64,000 nt of DNA, taken from IMG/VR virus record IMGVR_UViG_3300045256_000050, positions 62,001 through 126,000 of that record. One strand, written 5' to 3'. Of this stretch, positions 47,364-56,488 are shown in pieces. Each line of letters starts with the position of its first letter. The first letter of the stretch is position 1. The translations under genes and the position numbers were made by a program. The notes under the pieces were generated by a model, which saw only the letters and a list, made by a program, of their open reading frames with translations, did not search any database and had not been told where the DNA came from.

Positions 47364-48911
47364 TTACTTAACCACCTTGTACCGTGTAAAGCAACCCCGT
47401 TTCACTTCGGGTTTCTTAGGTTCTACCACGTTCGTGTTTTGTTGGCAACCACATCCTGCGTTATTTTGCGGTTTGTATCTTCTCATGTACTCGGGAGAAG
47501 ATTTAGCCGGTTGGCGGCAGCCGCATCCGCAGGCAAAGTGCGATCTCGTGATCTTGTTGTCACAAACCTCGAACGGGGTGAACTCCGATTGAGATACTTT
47601 ACCTCGGGTGTGGAGGTAATGCAACGCCGCACCTAGCTCCTCGCCGTCTTCTTCAGGAACGTGGCAGTGGAACTGGTGGAGCGGGTTGTGGCCGCTCTGT
47701 GCGGAAACGCAGAGATCGCAGGCCCGAACCAACTTTGGGGCCGAAGGTTGTTCCGAAACTGCCTGGGCCTGGACGCCCGAAATGATCTGGCGGTCTTGGA
47801 AAACCTCCCACATCATGTCGTGGTACGGCCGGAGCGGGCTGGTGTAGTCGGCCCACAGGAGGGTGTTGGCGAACGAGGCGTACAGTTTGTTGCTCAAAGG
47901 CATGTAGCGGATCGCCCGAAGAACATACCGCATCATCGTGTCACGGGCCACCTTGATCGCCCCTGCCTGCCCGTGGGCGTTGATGTTTGTCTCATAAATT
48001 CGGACGAAACAGTCGTACAGTGCCCCGCTCATGACACGGGAGAAGCTGTGGGGTTCGCCCGTCAGTACAGTGTCCGGGCCGTCCGTACCCAGCAGGGCTG
48101 GCGGGGTGTACTTGTAGCCGTTGTACGCACACCGTAGGTAGTTCTGGCTCAACCGACCCTTCCCCTGCTTCTGGTGCCAGATGACAAGGCCGAACTCTTC
48201 TGCGAGGTTGCTGCACAAGTTGCCCGTGCGGAGGTTGCCCCCGGTTTGATTCAGTAAATAGGCGATGGCCTCGTCGCACATGATTGCGTTCATGGCGGAC
48301 CAGAAGTCCCCGAACGCTTCGTGGAATGCCCATACCTCCAGTGAAACCATGTTCCACAACTCCGGGCGGTAGGAGTCGAGGATGGCGTGGCCGAGTTCGT
48401 GGGATACCACGTCGGCCGAGTCGGCACAGAAGAAGGTCTTATTCGTCACCGGGTCTACGTCGTAGAAGAACGCAAGGTTCCGCCGGTCGTAGAAGGCGTT
48501 CATCATCTGTCCGGCCCGTGGGATCACGTTCAGTTGAGAAACAGCGGCCCACCGGGTTATCGGGGCGTCCGACGAGTAAAGGTTGACGTTGTTGATGCCG
48601 TTGGCGACGGTGACGTACACGCCACCGGCCTGTGCCCCGACGGTGCCGAGGGCGAAGCCGGGGCCGGTGTAACCGATCACCTTGAAGGCGGGCTTTGCCG
48701 GGACGACTGGCGGCACGACTTCCTTAACCAGCGTCGGGTTCACCGGATCGCTGAGGTAGTATTTGATCGTTTTCGGAGCGGCCGGTGTGCCGACCTTTCG
48801 GGTCACGGTCGAAGGCGTGACCACTTTCTTACGGATGACGGGCGTCCGTTTTACAACGAAACGCATGGCCTGATTCTCATCTAGGCGGCGAAGTTTGTGT
48901 AACCAATCCAT
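47364..48911 (-). CDS. Zinc metallopeptidase (M4/M36 thermolysin/fungalysin-like)
   Basis: NAFYD, VVSHELGHAILD (HExxH), FHEAFGD third ligand; Cys-rich C-terminus. Confidence 0.9.
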   Translation of the reverse strand: MDWLHKLRRLDENQAMRFVVKRTPVIRKKVVTPSTVTRKVGTPAAPKTIKYYLSDPVNPTLVKEVVPPVVPAKPAFKVIGYTGPGFALGTVGAQAGGVYVTVANGINNVNLYSSDAPITRWAAVSQLNVIPRAGQMMNAFYDRRNLAFFYDVDPVTNKTFFCADSADVVSHELGHAILDSYRPELWNMVSLEVWAFHEAFGDFWSAMNAIMCDEAIAYLLNQTGGNLRTGNLCSNLAEEFGLVIWHQKQGKGRLSQNYLRCAYNGYKYTPPALLGTDGPDTVLTGEPHSFSRVMSGALYDCFVRIYETNINAHGQAGAIKVARDTMMRYVLRAIRYMPLSNKLYASFANTLLWADYTSPLRPYHDMMWEVFQDRQIISGVQAQAVSEQPSAPKLVRACDLCVSAQSGHNPLHQFHCHVPEEDGEELGAALHYLHTRGKVSQSEFTPFEVCDNKITRSHFACGCGCRQPAKSSPEYMRRYKPQNNAGCGCQQNTNVVEPKKPEVKRGCFTRYKVVK

Positions 48912-48940
48912 AGAAATCTCCTCCTACCCTAGATATTATT

Positions 48941-49465
48941 ATGAACCCCAAAGAGATAATGATTGCCGAGAAGCGTCAGATCGAGGCCACCCGGAAGAAC
49001 CTGATGGGTGCCAGCGGTAAGCTCGGCATGATCGCCAAGACGCTCGGGACGCCGATCCAGCGGCAGGGCAGTCCGTTGTTTGATATGTCGTACCTGGACG
49101 ACCCGTTCGCCCTGCACGACCCGGACGAGATTCCGATGTTCAACGGCACCCAGGACTACGTTGTTACGGAAGGCTTCCTGTTCGACGGGACGACCAGCGG
49201 CATCCACATGGAGATCAAGCTGATGGCGGCTGAGAACAAGCTGCGGGTGACGTGGAAGGGCCACACCGTCTTCGAGGAGAAAGCGGGCGACCTGCTCGGG
49301 TATGTACCGAGTGAAGAGTGGGAGGGCTGGGTGGACAAGCTCTACAAGCGGGCCAAAGAGAAAGGCCAGCGTGAGATGGAGCGACTGAAGCCCGAGATCG
49401 AGGAGCAGACCAAGAACCAGTTAGGTCGGTTCATGGATCGGCTTCGTCAACGCTGGGGCATATAA
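48941..49465 (+). CDS. Hypothetical protein
   Basis: 174-aa ORF, no SD, TAGATA 11 nt upstream. Confidence 0.75.
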   Translation: MNPKEIMIAEKRQIEATRKNLMGASGKLGMIAKTLGTPIQRQGSPLFDMSYLDDPFALHDPDEIPMFNGTQDYVVTEGFLFDGTTSGIHMEIKLMAAENKLRVTWKGHTVFEEKAGDLLGYVPSEEWEGWVDKLYKRAKEKGQREMERLKPEIEEQTKNQLGRFMDRLRQRWGI

Positions 49466-49615
49466 GTGGTCGAACATCCCGGCGATGTCCTCGTCGGGGA
49501 CGACCGGGATTTCCGGGACCGATTGAAGCTCCAGATAAACGAACGGCCCGCTCTGTTGAGCGGGCCGTACTTCTGTTATACCTGGAGGAAAGTTAACGAG
49601 TTCGTATTTCCACAT
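49421..49615 (-). CDS. Small hypothetical protein
   Basis: 64-aa ORF starting 3 nt after the upstream stop. Confidence 0.4.
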   Translation of the reverse strand: MWKYELVNFPPGITEVRPAQQSGPFVYLELQSVPEIPVVPDEDIAGMFDHLYAPALTKPIHEPT

Positions 49616-49617
49616 GG

Positions 49618-50175
49618 TTACTGGCCGAACAACAAGTAGCCGAAGAAGCCGACTTGTGCGATCAGTGCGATAACCATGACGCCGATCCAGAGGGCGTCAT
49701 TCTTTTTCTTGGCAGCAACGTTTTCTTCCACAACGCTCTGCGCCCGGAACAGCGGCTTCGGAGCCGGGGCGGGCTGCTGAACGGCGACCTGCTGGGGCTT
49801 TGCAGCCGCAACACCGGCGACGACAGCCTGGGTTACTACATCGATCAAGTCCTTCTTCGTAGCATAATTGAGTGCCCCGATCTCAGACTTGTCGGTCTTT
49901 GCGATGTGTTCACGAAGTTCCATCTTCACGTTCGGCTCGGTCGAGAGAACCTTCACTTCGACGACTTCGCCGTCCTTGATGGTTTCGACCTTCTGCTCGT
50001 GAACGACTTCCTTTTTCTTTTCCGTGATACGCTTTTCGAGCTTCAGCGGCAGCTTTTCTTGTACGAAGACTTCTACAACCTTCTCACCGGCTGGGTTGAG
50101 AGTGATGTGACGCTCGGCCATCCGGCCGTCTTCCAGCGTGAACTTCTCGACGGTTTTGGTTACTTTGTTGTCCAT
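49618..50175 (-). CDS. Tail-anchored membrane protein
   Basis: Charged N-terminus, C-terminal hydrophobic helix ALWIGVMVIALIAQVGFFGYLLF; GGAGG SD. Confidence 0.8.
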   Translation of the reverse strand: MDNKVTKTVEKFTLEDGRMAERHITLNPAGEKVVEVFVQEKLPLKLEKRITEKKKEVVHEQKVETIKDGEVVEVKVLSTEPNVKMELREHIAKTDKSEIGALNYATKKDLIDVVTQAVVAGVAAAKPQQVAVQQPAPAPKPLFRAQSVVEENVAAKKKNDALWIGVMVIALIAQVGFFGYLLFGQ

Positions 50176-50197
50176 ATCCCCCTCCGAGGTTGACTAT

Positions 50198-50267
50198 GCA
50201 CAATCTGAAAGAGTTGTGCGACAACGATATTTATGCCGCATCGGTAGGAATTCTACCGTGCGGCATA
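50198..50267. promoter_or_regulatory. Two adjacent intergenic inverted repeats
   Basis: GCACAA-TC...GA-G-TTGTGC (50198-50219) and TATGCCGCA-T-CGGTAG-GAATT-CTACCG-TGCGGCATA (50232-50267). Confidence 0.6.
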
Positions 50268-50294
50268 GTAGGAAAGGGAAGTTGCTTAATAACC

Positions 50295-50645
50295 TCACGC
50301 ACCGTTCTTGACCAGATCGAACATCTCGGCCCTGGTCAGGGTGCTTTCGCTGTCGTTGCGGTTGTAGTTCTGACGGTTCTTACGGAGGCGGCTGTAGTCG
50401 CCGAACTTGGCGATCCGGTCCTTGCGGTAGCTGCGGATCACGGCGTCCCCGTAACTGCGGATGGTCTTGCCTTCACGCAGTTCGTAGCCGGTCAACATGG
50501 TCGGGGTTTCGTCCACAATCAGCACCGTCCGGCGGATCGGGTGGCTGTGGCTGCCCTGGTAGTAAAATCGGGCCACCGGCATGCTCGATACCGGCTCGTA
50601 CTGCTTCGTCGTCTCAGTCCTGCGTTGCGTCCTTGCGTTAGACAT
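50295..50645 (-). CDS. WYL-like domain protein
   Basis: FYYQG...RTV...LTGYELRE...IRSYRKDRI resembles the WYL R.F..DRI signature. Confidence 0.55.
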   Translation of the reverse strand: MSNARTQRRTETTKQYEPVSSMPVARFYYQGSHSHPIRRTVLIVDETPTMLTGYELREGKTIRSYGDAVIRSYRKDRIAKFGDYSRLRKNRQNYNRNDSESTLTRAEMFDLVKNGA

Positions 50646-50648
50646 TGG

Positions 50649-51185
50649 TCACTCCTTTTGTTTGCCAAGCGTCTCGTAGAGATTCTTGGCATATTCCAAG
50701 TCTCCCAATCTTTTATTCGCAAAACGGTCATCTGTCAAGGGGACTTCGTACACCAAGTAGTCCTTAATGAATCTTGGCGTGGCCGGTCGGCCGTGCCCCT
50801 CCTCGACTTCCACTTCCGCCATTGCGAAGTACAGGCATTGTAGCGGGTCGTAGAAGAAATCCAACTCCCACTTGTGCCCTACACTGTCTTCGAGTTCGTA
50901 GCGGTATTTCTTTAGCTTTCCGATGCAGGTTGCCCAGAGTTCCTGGCCGTCCCGCTCGTCCAGTTTTTGTTCTAATTCGATGACCCGATCCCCGACCTTC
51001 TGCTTGTAAGTGAAGAAATACTTCTTCTTCCCGCTGTCCTTCGTCACCACCCGGATTCTGGCCGAAACCCCCTTGTTGAACACCGTGTACCCCTGCTCTA
51101 TCTCCTCGACCTTCTTCGCCAGTCGCTTAGCGTTGTCCAGGGCATCCTTGCGGATCACATACTTGTACTCGTGTTCGGTCGGCAT
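50649..51185 (-). CDS. CYTH / triphosphate tunnel metalloenzyme
   Basis: EHEYKY (ExExK), IEQGY, RIRV, KYRY, WELDFF, AEVE. Confidence 0.9.
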   Translation of the reverse strand: MPTEHEYKYVIRKDALDNAKRLAKKVEEIEQGYTVFNKGVSARIRVVTKDSGKKKYFFTYKQKVGDRVIELEQKLDERDGQELWATCIGKLKKYRYELEDSVGHKWELDFFYDPLQCLYFAMAEVEVEEGHGRPATPRFIKDYLVYEVPLTDDRFANKRLGDLEYAKNLYETLGKQKE

Positions 51186-51613
51186 CAGTCGTCCTCTCGG
51201 TAGGAATCGCTCCAGCAGTTGACCCGCTCGTGGCCGTCGTCGTAGTCCTCGACTTCGGCAAAGACTTTCACTTTGACCACCTTCAACCCGTGAATGTGGC
51301 CGTAGTAGGACTCCGGGTAGGAGTCGTCTTTGTGAACTTCGTGCAGTGCCCGAACGCAGTCGATCAAGTCCTTCTGCGTGCGAAAGGCGAGGCTTTCCGA
51401 CCGGGGGTGATAGTACCAGTCGGAGAAGCCTTCAACGAGGTAGTTAAGCGGCCAGTCGCCCTTCTTGTTGTAATCGTATTCCGATTCTTTAACGACCTTC
51501 CAGCCCCGGTTCTCCATCAGCCACAGAGCCATCTCCGTGTCGATGTGGAACCCGCCGTACTTTCGGTGAAGGACGACTTCCATCTCGAAAACCGGGCCTG
51601 ACTTGTCGAACAT
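51185..51613 (-). CDS. Conserved-looking phage hypothetical protein
   Basis: VVLHRKYGGF...DLIDCVRAL...EVEDYDDGHE pattern. Confidence 0.7.
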   Translation of the reverse strand: MFDKSGPVFEMEVVLHRKYGGFHIDTEMALWLMENRGWKVVKESEYDYNKKGDWPLNYLVEGFSDWYYHPRSESLAFRTQKDLIDCVRALHEVHKDDSYPESYYGHIHGLKVVKVKVFAEVEDYDDGHERVNCWSDSYREDD

Positions 51614-51614
51614 T

Positions 51615-52067
51615 TTACAACCTCGCAAGCATCATCTGGACTTCATGCACCGTCTTGTGCGAGTCCATGATCTGATCCTCGTAGAAGATGTGGAGAAGCT
51701 GGCCGAACGGTCCCGGCCACCCTTCCGTCTCTTTCAAACGATCTGAGAAGATGGTAACGACTTCTTTCTCCATTAGCAAGACTTGTTGCAGAATCTCCTT
51801 CGGCCCGCCGTTGACGTAGCTCGGCAGGTTTTCGGTGACTTGTTTCGGTAAAAGCGGCACGCCGCCGTGGGCCAGGATTTGATCCGTGAACTCCCGGACG
51901 TGTTTCAACTCGCTCTGAGCCTCTTCGAAAAGGAACTCGCTGATCTCGTGCCGGTGCAGGCCGGTGACGAGGGCACTGGAGTGGAGGTAGAACAGCATGT
52001 GCTGGTACTCCCGCTTCAGGTCTTCGTTCATCAATGCAAGGAATTCTTCTTGAGTCATTCTTTTCAC
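51615..52067 (-). CDS. Ferritin / bacterioferritin-like protein
   Basis: REYQHMLFY, EEAQSELKH (ExxH), ILAHGGVP, LLMEKEV. Confidence 0.85.
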   Translation of the reverse strand: MKRMTQEEFLALMNEDLKREYQHMLFYLHSSALVTGLHRHEISEFLFEEAQSELKHVREFTDQILAHGGVPLLPKQVTENLPSYVNGGPKEILQQVLLMEKEVVTIFSDRLKETEGWPGPFGQLLHIFYEDQIMDSHKTVHEVQMMLARL

Positions 52068-53131
52068 TTCCTGTTTGAGTTCACGCCCAGCACTTGCTGG
52101 TCGTACTGGTATACCAAATCCATGCCCGTCTTGGCAACCGCTACGAGGCCGTCGAAGTTAATCAACGCCACCTTATCGGTCGCCCGGTGGTACTGCGGGT
52201 GCATCCCCGTGAAGAAGAAGCACACCGGAATCCCCCGGTCGTAGAACGGGGCGTGGTCGCTGTTCCCCTGGCCGTCGCCGGTCTTCGGGTCGAGCGTCTT
52301 GATCGGCGGGTACTTGCCGTCGAGTTTCTGCAACAAGCTGGTGACGGTGGCGGACTTGCGTGCCCCGACGCACTCGACGTAGCCGTTGTCCTTCAGCCGA
52401 CCGATCATGTCATAGTTCACCATCAGGTCGATCTTCTTCAACTTGTCGGCCCCGAGTTGCGAGACGTAGTGCTTCGACCCGAGCAGCCCCATCTCCTCGC
52501 CGCTGAACAGCACGAAGATGATGCCGTGCCGCAGGGGAGGCAGCTTACTCATCGCCTGTGCCGTCAGTAAAACCCCCGTCGTGCCCGAGCCGTTGTCGTC
52601 GGCACCGGGGTGAATGGCGATGCCCTGGTCGAGTGCCATCGCCGGGCCGTAGCCGACGTGATCCAAGTGGGCACCCACGATGATCCAGTAGTCGGTCGTC
52701 CCCGGCTTGTAGGCGATCACGTTCTGCGTGAAGTCGTCGCCCTGTTCGCCCTTCGGTCCGGGGTTGACCCGTCGGATGTTGAACTTTTGCAATTCGGTTT
52801 TGTAACCCCAGCCCTCGAACTTCTTTTGGGCGAAGGCGGCGGCGAGCTTGTTGCCCGCCTTGCCGGACATCCGCCCTTCGAGTTCATCGGACGTGAGGTA
52901 GGTCAGCCATTCTGTAGCGTCGGCCTTGTTGACGAGGGCGAGTGCGTCGTCGAACGTGTACGTCTTCGGCCCGACCGGAGGTACGGGCGAGACAGGTTGC
53001 ACCGGAGTAACCGGACCGGCTTGCGGCCCGTATTTGCTCTCGGGTTGTTTCTTGTGTGATTGTTTGTAAAGGTAGAGGCCACCCGTCATCAGCGTGCTGA
53101 AGATCAAGGCGACGAATAGAAGTTTCTTCAT
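52064..53131 (-). CDS. M28 family peptidase with signal peptide
   Basis: GAHLDH, GADDNGSG, FSGEEMGLLGS, NYDMIG, SDHAPF, YHRATD. Confidence 0.95.
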   Translation of the reverse strand: MKKLLFVALIFSTLMTGGLYLYKQSHKKQPESKYGPQAGPVTPVQPVSPVPPVGPKTYTFDDALALVNKADATEWLTYLTSDELEGRMSGKAGNKLAAAFAQKKFEGWGYKTELQKFNIRRVNPGPKGEQGDDFTQNVIAYKPGTTDYWIIVGAHLDHVGYGPAMALDQGIAIHPGADDNGSGTTGVLLTAQAMSKLPPLRHGIIFVLFSGEEMGLLGSKHYVSQLGADKLKKIDLMVNYDMIGRLKDNGYVECVGARKSATVTSLLQKLDGKYPPIKTLDPKTGDGQGNSDHAPFYDRGIPVCFFFTGMHPQYHRATDKVALINFDGLVAVAKTGMDLVYQYDQQVLGVNSNRK

Positions 53132-53234
53132 TTGCCCCTCTGGCGTAAATGCCCCATAAGTTAGTTCAAAAATGAACGTTTCTTATTATCTACTTCCAGG
53201 TAACTGAAAGGCTCTATGATTTAAGGAACACCAA

Positions 53235-55028
53235 ATGCCATACAAACCGCAAGATGCTGTAGACCCGAACTGGAGGGGCAAGTACGACTCTCTGGAGGCG
53301 TTTTACAAAGACAACTACCCGGACGACTACTACGAGTTTGAGAAGTTCGAGTACACCATCGACCCGATGGAGACGGAAGACTCCATCGAGGCTTACGACG
53401 AGAAGCGGCAGCAGCTAGAGATCAAACGTTGCGCCCTCTCGTTCAACTACTTCTGCCACAAGTACGTTAAGATCGCCCACCCGAAGAAGGGTCTTCTGCC
53501 CTTCATCACCTACGCCTACCAGCGTTACGCAATCCGCAAGTACGACGAACACCGCTTCAACATCATCCGTAAGTTCCGGCAGGGCGGTCTGACTACGGTC
53601 ACGACCATCTGGGCACTCTGGCGGTGTTTGTTCAAGATGGACGAAACGATCATGGTCGTGTCGAAGACCGACCGTGAGGCCATCGCCGCCGGTGAAATCG
53701 TGAAGCGGGCCATCGAGGAGCTACCGAGTTGGATGGCCCCGGTGATGGAGAAGAACAACGACCACCAGAAGATTTTCAACGACACGGGCTGCAAGCTGTT
53801 CTTCTACACCCCGGAAGCTGCCCGTGGTCGTGCTATCTCCTACCTCATCATCGACGAGGCGGCGTTCATCCCGAACATGCACAAGTTCTGGAACGACGTG
53901 TTCCCGACGATTAGCACGGGTGGTAGCGTTATCGTCGTCTCCACGGTGAACGGCGTCGGCAACTGGTACGAGGAAATGTACCACCAAGCCGAGCGGGGCG
54001 AGAACGACTTCAACATCATCCAGTTGGATTACAAGCAACACCCGGAATACAACGACGACGAGTGGGTGAAGGTCATCCGCTCGCAGCTTGGCGAGAAGGG
54101 CTTCGCCCAGGAAGTCTTGGGCGACTTCCTCGGTGGTGGTGACACGTTCATCCCGTCCAACATCCTGAACGACCTGGACTTGGCGGTCCGGGAGATCGAA
54201 CCCGTCCGCTATCTGTTCGAGGATTGGGCGAACAAGGCGACCAAGTTCCAGGCCCGAGCGGACAAAGCCGCCATGTTGGTCTGGCGGGAACCGATTGAAG
54301 GCCGGGAGTACATCATGGGCGTGGACGCCGCCGAAGGCGTCGGCGACGACGGCGACAACTCCACGATTGAGGTTATCGACGCCAACACGGGCGAGCAGTG
54401 CGCTCAGTTCTACAGCAACAACTGTCCGCTGCACATCTTCTCGCAGATCGTGGCCCAGGTCGGGATCATGTACAACACCGCCCTGTGCGTGGTCGAAAAG
54501 GAAAAGTGCGGCCTGACCGTGTTGAGTAAGCTCGAACACGACCTGGACTACGAGAACCTGTACTACGACGAGAACCACCAAGCCGGGCTGAAGACGACCA
54601 AGAACAGTCGGCCGATGCTGCTGGAAACCCTCCAGACCCGGTTGTTGATGAAGTCCATCATCCTCCGCAGCCGCCGGACGGTGTACGAGTTGAAGCACTT
54701 CATCTTCAACAAGGCGACGAAGAAGGCCGAGGCACCGAAGGGCTACCACGACGACTCGATCATGAGCCTGTGTTTCGCCCTGTACATCCGGGAAATCTCC
54801 GGCCGGTCCGCCCCGATTGTCGGCGACGGCATGCCGGAGGAGTTGACCGAGACGTTCAAGGCGAAGGTGTACGAGGAAATCAAGAAAGAACTCGAAAGAG
54901 GGGCACCGGAAACTTGGTTAAGTCCGCAGGACTTGTACAAGGACGAGTTCGACGTGGAAGTGGACGAGGCCGTGAAGAAAGAATACAAACGGCCGTTCGA
55001 CACGCTGTTCAAGGAATTCGGGTGGTAA
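53235..55028 (+). CDS. gp17: Terminase large subunit (T4 gp17-like)
   Basis: KFRQGGLTT Walker A, LIIDEAAFI Walker B, VSTVNG, MGVDAAEG nuclease motif, HDDSIMS. Confidence 0.95.
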   Translation: MPYKPQDAVDPNWRGKYDSLEAFYKDNYPDDYYEFEKFEYTIDPMETEDSIEAYDEKRQQLEIKRCALSFNYFCHKYVKIAHPKKGLLPFITYAYQRYAIRKYDEHRFNIIRKFRQGGLTTVTTIWALWRCLFKMDETIMVVSKTDREAIAAGEIVKRAIEELPSWMAPVMEKNNDHQKIFNDTGCKLFFYTPEAARGRAISYLIIDEAAFIPNMHKFWNDVFPTISTGGSVIVVSTVNGVGNWYEEMYHQAERGENDFNIIQLDYKQHPEYNDDEWVKVIRSQLGEKGFAQEVLGDFLGGGDTFIPSNILNDLDLAVREIEPVRYLFEDWANKATKFQARADKAAMLVWREPIEGREYIMGVDAAEGVGDDGDNSTIEVIDANTGEQCAQFYSNNCPLHIFSQIVAQVGIMYNTALCVVEKEKCGLTVLSKLEHDLDYENLYYDENHQAGLKTTKNSRPMLLETLQTRLLMKSIILRSRRTVYELKHFIFNKATKKAEAPKGYHDDSIMSLCFALYIREISGRSAPIVGDGMPEELTETFKAKVYEEIKKELERGAPETWLSPQDLYKDEFDVEVDEAVKKEYKRPFDTLFKEFGW

Positions 55029-55029
55029 C

Positions 55030-55461
55030 ATGAAAGAAAAGAAAATACAAGAAGCTCTGGCCCATAGCCAGCACGCCGTTCGGGTACTCAGTCAATTGGC
55101 CCAGGGCAGCCAGGAACTCCGGGAGGCTTACGGCCACCTGAAGATGGCGGTTCAGAAAATGGAACACCAAGCCCACAAGGCTGCCAAACGGCAGGAGGCC
55201 AACCAGACCGCCGCCCAACAGTGGTGGGGGACGGTGCAGTCCGGGGCGACGAGCATGGCTGCGACCGCCAACCAGCCGTCGAGCAAGATGGCCGAGCAAG
55301 CCGCCATGCGGACGCTTAAGGAACTCGACCGGATGCTCTCCGTGGAGCAGAAGAAGCTCAACGAGTTGGAAAACAAGGTCAAACCTCAGCCGAAGCCGGA
55401 CCAACAACCGGCCGACGACGGCCCGTCCGACCCGCAATCCGGTCAGGTGTTTTTTGGATGA
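55030..55461 (+). CDS. Hypothetical coiled-coil protein
   Basis: 143-aa ORF. Confidence 0.75.
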   Translation: MKEKKIQEALAHSQHAVRVLSQLAQGSQELREAYGHLKMAVQKMEHQAHKAAKRQEANQTAAQQWWGTVQSGATSMAATANQPSSKMAEQAAMRTLKELDRMLSVEQKKLNELENKVKPQPKPDQQPADDGPSDPQSGQVFFG

Positions 55462-56015
55462 TCCGGCTAGATACCGGAATCATGCCTGCTCGACACGGCT
55501 TTTCTTCCGTCTACATCCCGATTACCGGCTCCCTCGCCGAAGCGATCTTAACCTTCGGCGAGGATTCCGTTGGCGAGGGCGACCTGTTCATCGACAACGA
55601 GACGCAGTTCTACGGCCGGGAGGACGAACCCCACATCACCGTCGCCTACGGGATGCACGCCGACTCCCCGGAGGAGATCGCCCGCATCTTCGAGAAGCAC
55701 TTGCCGTTCACGGTCACGCTCGGTCAGGTTGACATGTTCAACCGGATGGAGTTCGACGTACTCATCATCCGGGTACACGGCAGGCAACTTCACGAACTCC
55801 ACCACGAAGTCATGAAGGCGACCAAGACCACATCCAAGTTCAAATACTACGAGCCGCACTGCACTCTGGCGTACATCCAGAAGGGGAAGTGTAAAGACAT
55901 GCTGGGGGACGAGACGTTCGTGGACGTGGAGTTGGAAGTCGAGAAGCTGGTCTTCTCGAACAAGGTCGGGGTTAAGACAACTCTGCCGTTGGGAAAGCGG
56001 CCCTCACTAACTTGA
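55458..56015 (+). CDS. 2H phosphoesterase, T4 57B / Acb1-like
   Basis: Two HxT motifs: GREDEPHITVAYG and YEPHCTLAY. Confidence 0.85.
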   Translation: MIRLDTGIMPARHGFSSVYIPITGSLAEAILTFGEDSVGEGDLFIDNETQFYGREDEPHITVAYGMHADSPEEIARIFEKHLPFTVTLGQVDMFNRMEFDVLIIRVHGRQLHELHHEVMKATKTTSKFKYYEPHCTLAYIQKGKCKDMLGDETFVDVELEVEKLVFSNKVGVKTTLPLGKRPSLT

Positions 56016-56424
56016 CCAGCCGGGGCGACTGCTCTCCGGGTTCACTGATGACAAGTGCCTTCTTGCGTGCGACGAACTGGCTGATGCCCGTCAGCCGGTT
56101 GACGTAGTAGTCCTGTGCCCTCTCCCGGTACACACCTTTCAGTATGTCCTCGCACACCTTAGTGGTGCTGACGTAGGCGATCACGTCCACGAACGGTAAC
56201 AGGAACCGACTCAACCCGGCGTTGTCGAGGATCACGTCGCCCCAGACGGCGGCGGCGTTCTTGGCGTGGTGGGGCAATGAGCGGAGATATTGCAGGTCGT
56301 CGTAACTCTGATACTGAGTGCCGTTACAGAACAGATGGACGTTGGGCCGGACGGCGTAGATGGCTTCTTTGAGGGAGGCGATCTCTGCCCCGGTGTGGGT
56401 CAGAACGAATAAAACGTTGCGCAT
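55972..56424 (-). CDS. Hypothetical protein
   Basis: Likely start MRNVLFVLTH at 56424; the track's longer start overlaps the portal gene. Confidence 0.6.
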   Translation of the reverse strand: MRNVLFVLTHTGAEIASLKEAIYAVRPNVHLFCNGTQYQSYDDLQYLRSLPHHAKNAAAVWGDVILDNAGLSRFLLPFVDVIAYVSTTKVCEDILKGVYRERAQDYYVNRLTGISQFVARKKALVISEPGEQSPRLVKLVRAAFPTAELS

Positions 56425-56488
56425 ATACAGAGAAATAGGGTGTTTGTTAATACCTAACTCCAGGTAACAGTCTACAGGAGTTTCATTT

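Noticed and set aside
50198-50267. Hairpin pair as a c-di-GMP-I riboswitch
   Set aside because: The GAAA-containing loop is on the non-transcribed strand and the conserved riboswitch core nucleotides are not recognisable.
55972-56424. Sulfotransferase-like call for the minus-strand ORF
   Set aside because: Only a vague N-terminal resemblance; the PAPS-binding motif is absent.
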